DNA of 64,000 bases from a virus. Position 1 is the first letter of the stretch, and each line of letters begins with the position of its first letter. A program made the position numbers and the translations under genes. Below the pieces are notes generated by a model. That model saw nothing but the letters and a program-made list of their open reading frames with translations, was not told the origin of the DNA and did no database searches. Positions 44,963 to 55,182 of the stretch are shown here, piece by piece. The stretch covers positions 8,410 through 72,409 of IMG/VR virus record IMGVR_UViG_3300021478_000023. The stretch is one strand, 5' to 3'.

Positions 44963-45634
44963 ATGGACAAGAACGACGCGATAGAAGCCGCGCCTATCGT
45001 CAGTCGGTGTTGCAGCAATTTGCTGCGCACAATCTCTGACCGAGGCCGCACGGGCTCCGATGCGCGCCAGCAAATCTCGCAGACCGGCGTCCGCGCTTAC
45101 GAGTATTTGCGCGCCAACACTATCGGACCCGAGCTAGTCGAGTCCTTTTCGATGGCACGCGATGCCGGTGCCACGTTCGTCGCGATTGAACAGGTGCGCG
45201 TGCTGACGGCAATGGAAACGCCTAAGACGCTCGGCGGCACTCTCGTACAGAATAGCTTGCTGCAATTCTGTTTGCTGACTGAAAGTCAGATCATCGTTGA
45301 CATGACGTTTGTAAGTCGCATCGATGTTGATGCGGTCCTGACGCGGATTAAAGATCCGTTCGATGAGCAAATAGAAACAGCCGCCGACGATATGGATCAA
45401 ATGGTGTTCCAGTGTTTGATCAGATTGTACGCTGCGACCGTCAACCATCTTGTCGTGACGCAACGTCCGTTGCCGGACATGCTCGGCTATCAATTCGCCG
45501 CGCCATCAAACACTCTGGTCATTTCTTATCGGCTCTACAACGGTGATGCCAGTCGCGCCGATATGGTACGCAACGAAAACAAGATCATTCATCCCGCGTT
45601 CGCGCCAGCGACCGGGCAAGCGTTGTCGGCATGA
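44963..45634 (+). CDS. Mu gpN C-terminal-like protein
   Basis: TLVISYRLYNGDASRADMVRNENKIIHPAFAP. Confidence 0.8.
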   Translation: MDKNDAIEAAPIVSRCCSNLLRTISDRGRTGSDARQQISQTGVRAYEYLRANTIGPELVESFSMARDAGATFVAIEQVRVLTAMETPKTLGGTLVQNSLLQFCLLTESQIIVDMTFVSRIDVDAVLTRIKDPFDEQIETAADDMDQMVFQCLIRLYAATVNHLVVTQRPLPDMLGYQFAAPSNTLVISYRLYNGDASRADMVRNENKIIHPAFAPATGQALSA

Positions 45635-45637
45635 ACA

Positions 45638-46879
45638 ATGACATGGCCAGCATCAGAGGTAGCCGTTCTTAGGGTCAACGGACAGGAATACACCGAATGG
45701 GAATCGGTGTGGATACAGGAACGATGGAACGAGTCGTTTTCGTTTTTTAAATTCACGGCCAATGAAGGCCGCGTGATGGTGACTGACTGGCATAGCGATC
45801 AGTTTGCTCCCGGCAACGATGTAGACATTACGCTCGGCGGCCAGCCGGTCATTACGGGCGGCACGATCATCACGCGGCAAACGTCCTACAATGCCAATCA
45901 GCACATGGTTCAATTAACCGGCAAGACCTACAGTTTCTTTCCGTACAAATCGAGCGTGATGACCGACAACGGGAATTTTGACGGCAAGACGTTTGTGGAA
46001 ATCGCGCACATTCTTTTAGATGAGTACGGCGGCTTTGAACTAATCGGCACTCCTGATAGTAAGCCCTACAAGAAAGCGCAGGCCGAAAAGGGCGCGAAGA
46101 TTTGGGACTATCTGGAAACGCTGGCGCGTGAAAAGGGAATCCTACTCGGCACTAGCGCGGTGTTGGGCATCCCGCAAGTTGTTGGACCGCACACAGGAAC
46201 GATCATCGGTACGATTGCGGACGGCGTGAACGTGCTTTCCATGCAATGCACGATCACTTGCGAGGACTTGTATCAGGACATTGACGTACACGCGCAGAAC
46301 CAGGGCGACGATCAGAACAACGGAACCGACGCGAGCGAAAAGAAAGGCCACTCATCCGGCACCGCGCCCAAGAAAGCCAAGTTGTTGATCCCGATGGAGC
46401 ACCCGCCGATTGACGACGCAGCCGTTCAATTGCGCGCCGACTATGAAAAGAAATGGACCGAGGCCACGAAGATCACGGCCAACGCCACGGTGCAGGGATG
46501 GTTTACAGGCGGGCAGAGTGGCCAGCTATGGGAAGCTGGCAAGGATGTGATGGTCAATTGTCCGCTGGCGATGGTTGAAGGCGTCATGAAATTGCGGACG
46601 GTGACGTTCCAGCAAGACAACAACAGCGGCACGACCACGACGCTAGAGTTGGTTCAACCGTGGGGGCTCAACGACAACATCAACGCCGACGTTTCGCCCC
46701 CGGCGAACAAAGGGCTTGAGAAAGCGCCGCCACCAAACAAACCGCCAGTGTCGCCGCCAGCAAAAACCGGCAACAACCCGCTCGGGGCGGCGCTCGGGCT
46801 CGGCGATATTCAGGCAACACTCGGCGAAAAACTTGGCATCGGTTCCATTTCACCATCAACGCAGAAAGGCAAACGCTAA
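45638..46879 (+). CDS. Baseplate hub (Mu gpP/gp44-like)
   Basis: LRVNGQEYTEWESV, TVQGW, GTTTTLELV. Confidence 0.9.
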   Translation: MTWPASEVAVLRVNGQEYTEWESVWIQERWNESFSFFKFTANEGRVMVTDWHSDQFAPGNDVDITLGGQPVITGGTIITRQTSYNANQHMVQLTGKTYSFFPYKSSVMTDNGNFDGKTFVEIAHILLDEYGGFELIGTPDSKPYKKAQAEKGAKIWDYLETLAREKGILLGTSAVLGIPQVVGPHTGTIIGTIADGVNVLSMQCTITCEDLYQDIDVHAQNQGDDQNNGTDASEKKGHSSGTAPKKAKLLIPMEHPPIDDAAVQLRADYEKKWTEATKITANATVQGWFTGGQSGQLWEAGKDVMVNCPLAMVEGVMKLRTVTFQQDNNSGTTTTLELVQPWGLNDNINADVSPPANKGLEKAPPPNKPPVSPPAKTGNNPLGAALGLGDIQATLGEKLGIGSISPSTQKGKR

Positions 46880-47823
46880 TGCACCGCGCGACACCAAACA
46901 CAACATCGTTGCGCACTCACACGTCGGGCGGCGCGCGCGCAACCATAGCCAACATGGAGGGCGACACCGCTTTGATGCAAGCGGCTACCGCCAATTTTTC
47001 CGCGAACGAATCACGCTCCGCTATCGAGTCGGCGCAGAACTACGGTTTCACGTCGCACAATCATTCCGCCGACAAGGATGAAATGGGCAAGATCATTGCC
47101 AGCGCAGAGTCGTTTATCAGTTTCATGGGCGGCGGGCGCTCATTCCCAACCTCCGGGCCGGTTGATGACCGGCGTCACCGTTTGCGCGGGCTCGATGAAG
47201 GCGACACGGCGATGCACCGGGGCAATTCTGACGACATGCAAACTCACTTTGCGTCGGATGGCATGTATCATTCCGCGCCTCAACAAGTGCGAATGCAATT
47301 GGTGCCGTCCGGCAGCGGCAAGGCCAATCCGCCGCAGCAAAAACCACAAGCAACCGCCCAAACCACTGAAGCCATCCGAGCTAAATTAAGCGCGTATGCC
47401 AGTCTCGGGCCACGCATCGAAGTACGCCTATGGGCCGGGTTAGAACCGGAAATACAACTCGACTTGGACCGAGATCTTGAACGACGGTTTGGCGTCGAAG
47501 CGTTCGCCGATGGCGGCGGCGGCTCGGGCGGCGGCTCGGGCGGCGGCGGGAAAAGCGATCCGGGTGCGTCCAAGAAAACCGGACAGAAAGCCGTCAAGGA
47601 TAAGGGCCAGGACAGCCCGGACTTTTGCCACGTCAAGCAAGGCGAGGCGCGTATGTCGAGCGCCAAGAAAGTGCGACTCAGCACAAGCAAGGAAGATGAT
47701 GACGTGCTGCACGAGTCGAGCACCGGCAAGGACTACGTTGGCGGCACACCCGACAAACACAAGTTTGCGAAAATCCTGACGCTCGCAGGACCGTCCATCA
47801 ACGGCTATGGCAAGATTGGTTGA
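46879..47823 (+). CDS. Baseplate spike (Mu gp45-like)
   Basis: QNYGFTS, GGGRS, DDRRHRLRGLDEGD. Confidence 0.88.
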   Translation: MHRATPNTTSLRTHTSGGARATIANMEGDTALMQAATANFSANESRSAIESAQNYGFTSHNHSADKDEMGKIIASAESFISFMGGGRSFPTSGPVDDRRHRLRGLDEGDTAMHRGNSDDMQTHFASDGMYHSAPQQVRMQLVPSGSGKANPPQQKPQATAQTTEAIRAKLSAYASLGPRIEVRLWAGLEPEIQLDLDRDLERRFGVEAFADGGGGSGGGSGGGGKSDPGASKKTGQKAVKDKGQDSPDFCHVKQGEARMSSAKKVRLSTSKEDDDVLHESSTGKDYVGGTPDKHKFAKILTLAGPSINGYGKIG

Positions 47824-47828
47824 TCAAC

Positions 47829-48377
47829 ATGCCGCGCGCCGCCGTCCCCGATATCTATCTCAAACAGAACACGATCTTTCCGCGCTACTCGGTCACGCTC
47901 GACTGGTCGCTACTCGGCGACGGCACGCTCGATGACCGCTACGCGCTGGCAACGTCGGTCTGCATCGCGCTCGGCACCAACGCACTTGCTGATATCAACG
48001 ATCCGTTGCCGGACCCGGACTCCACCGATAGACAAGGTTGGTGGGGCGACTTGGATTGTCAGGAGATATGGCCCGGCTCCTGGCCAATCGGAAGCAAACT
48101 TTGGTTGCTGCGGAGATCCAAGATTGAGGGACCGAACGCACAACGCGGCGCGACGATTGCGCTGGTCGATAACTACATCAGGGCCGCGCTCCAACCGTTC
48201 GTTGACAACCGTATTTGCTCGACGTTCAAAGTTGATTCTGTGCGTGTCAGTCCGCAGCAAATCGATTCATTGATTACGATCTATCGCGGTCCAGAACCGA
48301 ACATCCAACTGCGCTTTCATTCGCTGTGGGATGGCATCAAGCCAACCGGCGAGCCCTACACCCCGTTTGATAACTGA
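47829..48377 (+). CDS. Mu gp46-like baseplate wedge protein
   Basis: LATSVCIALGT, DRQGWWGD, IGSKLWLLRRSK. Confidence 0.92.
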   Translation: MPRAAVPDIYLKQNTIFPRYSVTLDWSLLGDGTLDDRYALATSVCIALGTNALADINDPLPDPDSTDRQGWWGDLDCQEIWPGSWPIGSKLWLLRRSKIEGPNAQRGATIALVDNYIRAALQPFVDNRICSTFKVDSVRVSPQQIDSLITIYRGPEPNIQLRFHSLWDGIKPTGEPYTPFDN

Positions 48378-48388
48378 CAAGGACGCAC

Positions 48389-49468
48389 ATGCCTTGGTCA
48401 ACTCCTGCGTTGAAAGACGTGCGGATAATGGTCCGCGACTCCGTGCGGGCCAACTTGCCGGGCTCGGACGCGAACGTGCCGAATTCCTTGCTGCGCGTCA
48501 TGGCGGACGCGATGGCCGCGCTGTGTCACCTTTGCTTGCAATACATCGATTGGCTCTCCAAGCAAATTATGGCCGATCAGGCTGAAACAGAATGGCTCGA
48601 CCGTTGGGGACAAATTTGGCTAGTGAATAGCGACGGCTCGACCGGGCGCAAACAGGCTACGCTTGCCGTTGGCTCGGTCGCAGCGACCGGCAATATCGGC
48701 GCGATCATTCCGATCAACACCGAACTGCGATCCGCCGACGATCTCGGCTTTGAGACGACGGCGACGATCACGATGGGCTCGGGACCGACTGCGGTGCCGG
48801 TGCGCGCGCTAGATCCCGGCGCGGCTGGCAATCTTTCAATCGGCTACACGATTGGATTCGCCGAACCCATAGCCGGTATAGATCCCACGGCGCGGGTGTT
48901 GCAGCTTCTCGGCGGCGCCGACGTAGAAACCGATGAGGAATTGCGCGCCAGAATTTTGCGCCGAATTCAAGAGCCGCCGATGGGCGGCGATCAAAGTGAT
49001 TGGGAAGCGTGGTGCCTAGAGGTTCCCGGTGTAACGCGCGCCTGGGCCAGCGCGCTCGAAATGGGAATCGGAACCGTCACAACGCGCTTCATGATGGACG
49101 ATCTTCGCGCCGACAACGCTGGCATTCCGTTGGCCGAGGATGTGGCGATGGTTGAAGCGTACTTGGACACAAAGCGCCCGGTCGCGGTCAAGGACACCTA
49201 TGTAGTCGCGCCGATTCCGTTTCCTATCAACATGAACATCAATTTTCTTGTTGTTGATAGCTCATCGACGCGAGCCGGAATTGAAGAGTCGTTACGCGGC
49301 ATGCTGTTCAACAAGGCCGCTCCTGGCGAGACGATCTATCGATCATGGGTGTCGGCGGCGATTGCCGACGCTATTGGTGTCGATCATTTCGAGTTGGTGT
49401 TCGAAACCACACCGATGCCGACACCCGGTCACTTGGGCGTTTTAGGAAGCATCATCTATGCCGGATAG
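48389..49468 (+). CDS. Baseplate J / Mu gp47-like protein
   Basis: GAAGN, GGADVETDEELRAR, PPMGG, VPGVTRAW. Confidence 0.95.
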   Translation: MPWSTPALKDVRIMVRDSVRANLPGSDANVPNSLLRVMADAMAALCHLCLQYIDWLSKQIMADQAETEWLDRWGQIWLVNSDGSTGRKQATLAVGSVAATGNIGAIIPINTELRSADDLGFETTATITMGSGPTAVPVRALDPGAAGNLSIGYTIGFAEPIAGIDPTARVLQLLGGADVETDEELRARILRRIQEPPMGGDQSDWEAWCLEVPGVTRAWASALEMGIGTVTTRFMMDDLRADNAGIPLAEDVAMVEAYLDTKRPVAVKDTYVVAPIPFPINMNINFLVVDSSSTRAGIEESLRGMLFNKAAPGETIYRSWVSAAIADAIGVDHFELVFETTPMPTPGHLGVLGSIIYAG

Positions 49469-50174
49469 ACACATTCGGCGCAGCGGTGACGATTACGCCG
49501 AAGCCCTGGCGGATCTATTGCCGCATGGGCAGGCATGGCCTCGCCGGGAAGAGTCGGTGCTGATGATGACCGTGCGCGGGCTCGCGCAAGTGTTTGGATT
49601 TTTCGATGCCCGCGCCGCCGACTTGTTGGAAACCGAGAGCGACCCGCGCAAGACGATTGAGTTGCTACCTGATTGGGAACGCAATTGGGGCTTGCCTGAT
49701 CCGTGCTTCAAGCAAGCGCAAACCATCGATCAACGACACGCGTTGCTGATCTTCAAGATGACGTTGCTCGGCGGCCAGAGCCGAGAATTTTTCATCGCAA
49801 TGGCGGAATGGCTCGGGTACGAAATCACGATCACCGAGTACGCGCCGTTCATGGCAGGCGTTTCGCAGGCTGGCGACACGCGCGGCATGATCGAATGGAA
49901 CGACACACCCGGCGATCATCCCGAGCGCACCGATTATCGTTGGTATATCGGCCCGCCAGAAATGCGGTTCTACTGGACGATTCACGTCATCGATGCGCCG
50001 CTGACGTGGTTCCGCTCATCGTCCGGGCAAGCTGGCGTCGATCCGCATTTGCGCATCGGCTACGCCTACGATCTTGAGTGTTTGATGCGGCGCTGGAAAC
50101 CAGCGCACACCGACATCGTGTTTGATTACTCAGGACTGATCACAACCGGCGATCCGATGGCCGGGACACCGTAA
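49458..50174 (+). CDS. Mu gp48 / YmfQ-like baseplate protein
   Basis: LLPHGQAWP, ELLPDWE..GLPD, LEC...KPAHT. Confidence 0.93.
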   Translation: MPDRHIRRSGDDYAEALADLLPHGQAWPRREESVLMMTVRGLAQVFGFFDARAADLLETESDPRKTIELLPDWERNWGLPDPCFKQAQTIDQRHALLIFKMTLLGGQSREFFIAMAEWLGYEITITEYAPFMAGVSQAGDTRGMIEWNDTPGDHPERTDYRWYIGPPEMRFYWTIHVIDAPLTWFRSSSGQAGVDPHLRIGYAYDLECLMRRWKPAHTDIVFDYSGLITTGDPMAGTP

Positions 50175-50188
50175 CAGGAGCAAACGCC

Positions 50189-51877
50189 GTGAAATACGTC
50201 CCTCCTTATGGCATCACCGCGAATCCAGACGCGAGCTACATCAACGGCGATCCGAGCATTGGGCGTCAAGGATCGATTCCGCCCGCAGCGGTGTTTGAAA
50301 ATCCGCAGAGGGAAATCTGCAACCTAATTGCGAATGCGCAACAGGTTCCAGCCGATGCGGATCTACAACAACTAACGCGCGGAGTGCGCGACGGCAGGCT
50401 AAACTTTTGCGTCGATAGCGGGCCGCTCAACGACATACAGGTGAATCTCCCCGGCCCGCCCATTCAAGCGTACACGGCAGGATTGACGCTGCGCGTTTTG
50501 ATCGCGCACACAAACACTGGACCGACGCGCATTTCGGTTGGGAGTCTCAATCCTACTACGGTCAAGCGACCTGACGGCAGCGAATTGAATCCGAACGATG
50601 TTCTCGCTGGCATGGTCGCGACGATGGTGAGCGACGGCACCTATTTCCAATTGCAGAACGTCGGCACCGGCGAAACTGGCGGCCCGCCGACGCTTCAACT
50701 TGTTGACATTCCATACGTCCATGACACGGGCGTTGCCAATCATTTAATCGGGCTTTTCAGTCCGCCGCTTGCGGACATCAGGGAAGGCCGAACGGTTGAA
50801 ATCAAGCTGGCCAACAACGTCACTGGCCCTACTGATTTTCAACCAAACAACTTTCCGATTCATCCGGTCGCGCATCCTGACGGTTCGCCGATTTTGCCGG
50901 GCGACGGCATGATCAATCAAATCTGGTTGCTATGTTTCGATGGCGTGCAATGGCAATTGCTTAGTGTTTGTTGTGGCGATGCTGCACCGACAACGCCAGC
51001 GCAACCAGCGCAGCCGCCCGGCTCGGGCCGCTCATTGCAATTCTTGAATCCGGCTTGGTGGACACCTGGGGCCAACTCGCGGCTCACTCGCACGCCAGCG
51101 CTCAACACCAACCGGCAAGTGTTCACCCAAAGTTTTTTCTTTAAGCGTCCAAACCCGACTCAGATTCCTGACATAACTGGTGTTTGGTCAAGTGGTCAGG
51201 ATTCGGAAATGGTGACGATGTACGCGGGTGATGACTCCGCGTATCGCGGCGACTGTACGGGTGCTTATCTAACCGCATCGTCCGCAGGAAATTGGTTCCA
51301 ACAGTTTTGGGCGAGCGGTTTTAATAGCATTGCTGGTTACGGCACAGCGCCAGTGGGCGTGTATGCGAGAGGCACCGTCAACGTCGTTGGCATTTTGATG
51401 GATTCAAAATGGCACCATTTGTTGTGGGTTGCTGATGGTGCTTATCTAACGATTTGGATAGACGGCGTTATTGTCTCTCAAGGTCAGGTGAGCGGCAACA
51501 GCACGATCAACGCGACCAGACCGCACGCCATTGGATGCGGCCTATCGGATACCGGCGCGCCGTATTTCACGAATTACGGCTCGGTCGAGCGGATGGCTGA
51601 AGTAAATTTCTGTGACGGTCAGGCTCTAACGTGGGACAAATTTGCAACGAATGTCGGCGGCATTTTTGTCCCGAAAGTATCGCCGCTTTTGCCGGGTGGT
51701 CCTATCAATCCTGGGCCGAACGGCTTTTATTTGAACTGGCAGGACTCAAGTGCGATGACCAGCACGACGCTCGGAAAGGATTACACTCAGAACGGAAACA
51801 ATTGGCAGCCGGTGAATTTTTCGCAAGCGCAAGTCATGACCGACTATCCCGTGCTTGCTTCGTCATCCGGCAACTAA
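50189..51877 (+). CDS. Tail fibre with duplicated module and C-terminal LamG/ConA-like domain
   Basis: ENPQREICNLI..LQQL fibre N-terminus; WHHLLWV..IWIDG; GPNGFYL..LGKD..GNNW. Confidence 0.85.
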   Translation: MKYVPPYGITANPDASYINGDPSIGRQGSIPPAAVFENPQREICNLIANAQQVPADADLQQLTRGVRDGRLNFCVDSGPLNDIQVNLPGPPIQAYTAGLTLRVLIAHTNTGPTRISVGSLNPTTVKRPDGSELNPNDVLAGMVATMVSDGTYFQLQNVGTGETGGPPTLQLVDIPYVHDTGVANHLIGLFSPPLADIREGRTVEIKLANNVTGPTDFQPNNFPIHPVAHPDGSPILPGDGMINQIWLLCFDGVQWQLLSVCCGDAAPTTPAQPAQPPGSGRSLQFLNPAWWTPGANSRLTRTPALNTNRQVFTQSFFFKRPNPTQIPDITGVWSSGQDSEMVTMYAGDDSAYRGDCTGAYLTASSAGNWFQQFWASGFNSIAGYGTAPVGVYARGTVNVVGILMDSKWHHLLWVADGAYLTIWIDGVIVSQGQVSGNSTINATRPHAIGCGLSDTGAPYFTNYGSVERMAEVNFCDGQALTWDKFATNVGGIFVPKVSPLLPGGPINPGPNGFYLNWQDSSAMTSTTLGKDYTQNGNNWQPVNFSQAQVMTDYPVLASSSGN

Positions 51878-51890
51878 AGGGAGCGAGCCA

Positions 51891-52403
51891 ATGGCAACGA
51901 TATTCGCGCAGCGTCCCGATTCAAATTTCTACATCAACATCCAACAACACGATGACGGCAACTGGTCTGCCGATCAAATGGCGTTGGACGATGTAACGAT
52001 CACCATTCCGATGCACGGTGACGTTTCGTCCAAGGGGCTCAGAACAATTACGCAAGACAACATCGACATTTATGCGTTCCAAAGCATTCAAATAAACGCG
52101 CCGCCCGACATGCAACGCGATTCGCTTTACATCATATCGCAAGGTAGCGGTGCTCCGGGGTACGCCAGCGCAAAAGCGTGCATGGATTGGATAGTCTCGA
52201 TGAACGCGCAGCGCGATGCGCTGAAAGCAACCGTCACGTCGATGACGTTTGACCAGCTAGTTGTGTTTGTGGTGTCCGAACAAGGCTGGCCGCCGCTTCC
52301 ATCCAACATGCCGCCAAAAGCGTTTGTGCAGGGAGCGTTGCAGTCGCGTCTAGTCGTTGGTGCTCCGCGAGTAACGCGGCCACAGATAGACCAAAAATCG
52401 TGA
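51891..52403 (+). CDS. Putative fibre-associated/chaperone protein
   Basis: Position after the fibre; GGGAG RBS. Confidence 0.55.
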   Translation: MATIFAQRPDSNFYINIQQHDDGNWSADQMALDDVTITIPMHGDVSSKGLRTITQDNIDIYAFQSIQINAPPDMQRDSLYIISQGSGAPGYASAKACMDWIVSMNAQRDALKATVTSMTFDQLVVFVVSEQGWPPLPSNMPPKAFVQGALQSRLVVGAPRVTRPQIDQKS

Positions 52404-52413
52404 GCGCAAACCA

Positions 52414-52908
52414 ATGTCGCAACCAACCAACATTCTTTTTCTCCCCCCGGTTGGGATGATCGCCAACACGGCAACGAATGCCGATTGGCTCGATGGACTT
52501 GAATATCAATCATCCGCCGACATTAACGCGACACCGATAGATCTCACCGGCATCAAATTCGAAATGGACATGCGGGCCGCGCCGCCGCTCGCAACCGTGG
52601 TGTTGCGGGCCACGACTGAAAACGGATTGATCCGCGTCTACGCGAACACATGGCAATTCATGATCCCGGCGAGCACGATGATTTTGGTCCCGCCCGGTGA
52701 TTACGTGTTTGATATGCTCGCGCACGGTGACGGCTTCACGCGCAACATCGTCTACGCACAGGTCGCAGTCTTGTTGGGCATCACGCGCAGCGCTTCCCCG
52801 AATCCGCAACCCGTTGCAGGACCGCATCTAGTGCGCGTTCACGGAACAGCAAACCAGATCCAACGCGTGACCGGCGTCAACGTCCCGATGCTGACCAAGG
52901 CCGCTTAA
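52414..52908 (+). CDS. BppU-like baseplate/fibre adaptor
   Basis: PIDLTG..FEMDMR...GDYVFDM. Confidence 0.6.
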   Translation: MSQPTNILFLPPVGMIANTATNADWLDGLEYQSSADINATPIDLTGIKFEMDMRAAPPLATVVLRATTENGLIRVYANTWQFMIPASTMILVPPGDYVFDMLAHGDGFTRNIVYAQVAVLLGITRSASPNPQPVAGPHLVRVHGTANQIQRVTGVNVPMLTKAA

Positions 52909-52921
52909 TGGAGCTACGCGA

Positions 52922-54316
52922 ATGACGATACAATCAGTCACCGTTGTTGGTGGTAGCGTCGGCAACATTGGACCGCCCGGCCCTCCGGGTCCGAGCTATG
53001 ACGCAACGTCGATCACGCAGAACAACATCAGCGTTGGTCCGCACACATTCACCACGCAAACAAATCTCGCCTATCTTGCCGGTGCTCGATGCCGCATGGT
53101 GTCGTCAAGCAATCCGGTCGATTGTTGGATGGAAGGTCCGGTTACGAGCTACGTTGATGACCAACTAGTTGTTGACGTGCAACTGTTGAGCCCGACGCGT
53201 GACGGATTCGCCCATTCTGATTGGTTGATCAGTCTCGCGGGAGAGCCGGGGCAGCAAGGTCAGGCCGGACTCAGCGGCACGTCGGGCACGAACGGCAACG
53301 TCATCTGGCAAGGCACCGCAGCGCCGAGCGGCACCAACCCCGCGTCGCCTACGGATGGCGATTGGTACATGCAATTCGACAAGGCCGTGCCGGGCGGTCC
53401 CGCGTATATGTGGGGACCGTATCTCCACACGGCGACGAATCCGTGGGGCACCGCTGGCGTGTTGCTCGCGACCGGCCCGGCTGGTCCGCAAGGCGCGCAA
53501 GGCGTGCCAGGACCGCAAGGACCGCAAGGCGCGCCCGGCGCACAGGGCAATCAGGGCGCCATCGGCCCGCCAGGGCCGCAAGGCAATCAGGGCGTCGCTG
53601 GACTGACAGGGCCGGGCTACACCGCGACATCGCTAACATCGGCACCGATTGGCCCTGGTAGCGTGACGCTGGCGACGCAAGCCGGGCTCGCCTATGCGGT
53701 TGGCGCTCGCGCCCGTATCGCAGCATTCACCGCGCCGACGAATTGGATGGAGGGGCAAGTCACCGCGTATGGCGGCGGCAGCATCACCGTCAACGCCACG
53801 TTGGTCAACGGCTCGGGCACGTTCGCAAATTGGACGATAAGCGTAGCAGGCGAACGCGGCCAGCAAGGACCGGCTGGCGCAGCGGGCGCTGGCACGGGCG
53901 ACATGATCGCCGCCAACAATCTGTCGGATCTCACCGACATGAACGCGGCTCGCAACAATTTGCAGCTTGCCGCCGTCGCCCACAGTGGGGACTACAACGA
54001 TCTCAGCAACCGCCCCGGCCTACAGCGCAGCGTCACAGCGAGCCCTATCGTGATCGCTGGCACCGATGAAATCATCAACTGCAACATCACTGGCGCGGGC
54101 GCGTGCACGTTGCCGCCGTCTGCGGGCCGCAACGGCAAGCCGCTAGTGTTCAAGGACGTTGCCGGAAAATGGACCGCTGGCAATCTGACGGTCACGCCAG
54201 CCGGTGCGGAAAAAATCGATGGGCTCGCAAACGTAGTCGGGCGAACCAACTACGGGCGCATCGTGCTTCGACCGATGAATGACGGAGTAAACAACGGATG
54301 GTCCCTCGAATCCTAA
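52922..54316 (+). CDS. Collagen-containing fibre protein
   Basis: Two ATS.T...WMEG.VT.Y...W.IS repeats flanking Gly-X-Y runs; NNLSDL; SGDYNDL. Confidence 0.85.
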   Translation: MTIQSVTVVGGSVGNIGPPGPPGPSYDATSITQNNISVGPHTFTTQTNLAYLAGARCRMVSSSNPVDCWMEGPVTSYVDDQLVVDVQLLSPTRDGFAHSDWLISLAGEPGQQGQAGLSGTSGTNGNVIWQGTAAPSGTNPASPTDGDWYMQFDKAVPGGPAYMWGPYLHTATNPWGTAGVLLATGPAGPQGAQGVPGPQGPQGAPGAQGNQGAIGPPGPQGNQGVAGLTGPGYTATSLTSAPIGPGSVTLATQAGLAYAVGARARIAAFTAPTNWMEGQVTAYGGGSITVNATLVNGSGTFANWTISVAGERGQQGPAGAAGAGTGDMIAANNLSDLTDMNAARNNLQLAAVAHSGDYNDLSNRPGLQRSVTASPIVIAGTDEIINCNITGAGACTLPPSAGRNGKPLVFKDVAGKWTAGNLTVTPAGAEKIDGLANVVGRTNYGRIVLRPMNDGVNNGWSLES

Positions 54317-55182
54317 TCCTGCGCGCTGCGCTCATTGTCGCCGCGCTCCTGGCGCTCTGCGGCGGCGAAGCCAAGGCGCAATGCACCGGGCAACCCGGAG
54401 CTAATCAAGTTTGCGCAGCACCGAGCGGCGCGGCTGGTTTGCCGCTATGGCGGTTGCTTGTGCTCGCGGATCTCCCGGCATTGCCTGGACCAACGATTAC
54501 GGTTGACTTGACCACGATCACGGGCGGCACCGATGGCAGGATCGTCGTTCAAGCGGCAGGCAAGTTTTCCGAATTTGTTGTTGCTGGTGACTGCACATTC
54601 TCCGCGCCGAATTTCACCTGTACGAAAACAGGCGGCGTATCGTTTGCTGCGAGCGCGACGACCGACGCTACCAACGCCAGCAATATCGCCAGCGGCACGC
54701 TCAACAATTTGCGGCTGGCGACTGGCTTTGTGAATGCTGGAACTGGCCTCACTGGCGCGGCGCTTTTAGGTGGCGGCACAATCGCAGCCGACATCGCATC
54801 GGTTGCGCAATTCGCAGCGGCGACGCCAAACAAGATGCTCGCCGCCGACAAAGTGTTTGGACCGGAGGGGTCAGCAATTGCTGGCACGACCACGACGTTT
54901 GATTTCTCGACGTTCGTCAGCAACAGCGCGGTCATTCTCACCGGCAACGTCACCACCATCGTATTCTCCAACGTCAAAGCCGGGCAGGCCGGACTCCTAC
55001 GTTTCATTCAGGATGGCACCGGATCTCGGACGATTCCCCCCGCCATCAACTCGACGCTGAAATGTCCGGGCGGGTGCAGCTACACGCTTTCGACGGCGGC
55101 CAACGCGGTTGACGTGCTCGGCTATACATGCGTCTCGGCGACTTACTGCATCGGCGGATCGTTGCTCAAGGACGTGAAATGA
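54298..55182 (+). CDS. Fibre-like protein with apparent signal peptide
   Basis: h-region then AKA-Q; C-terminal IQDGTGSRT...LSTAANAVDVL. Confidence 0.7.
   Translation: MVPRILILRAALIVAALLALCGGEAKAQCTGQPGANQVCAAPSGAAGLPLWRLLVLADLPALPGPTITVDLTTITGGTDGRIVVQAAGKFSEFVVAGDCTFSAPNFTCTKTGGVSFAASATTDATNASNIASGTLNNLRLATGFVNAGTGLTGAALLGGGTIAADIASVAQFAAATPNKMLAADKVFGPEGSAIAGTTTTFDFSTFVSNSAVILTGNVTTIVFSNVKAGQAGLLRFIQDGTGSRTIPPAINSTLKCPGGCSYTLSTAANAVDVLGYTCVSATYCIGGSLLKDVK

Noticed and set aside
35542-50174. Tailocin, eCIS or gene transfer agent
   Set aside because: Head, terminase, replication, recombination and many accessory genes are all present, as in a complete phage
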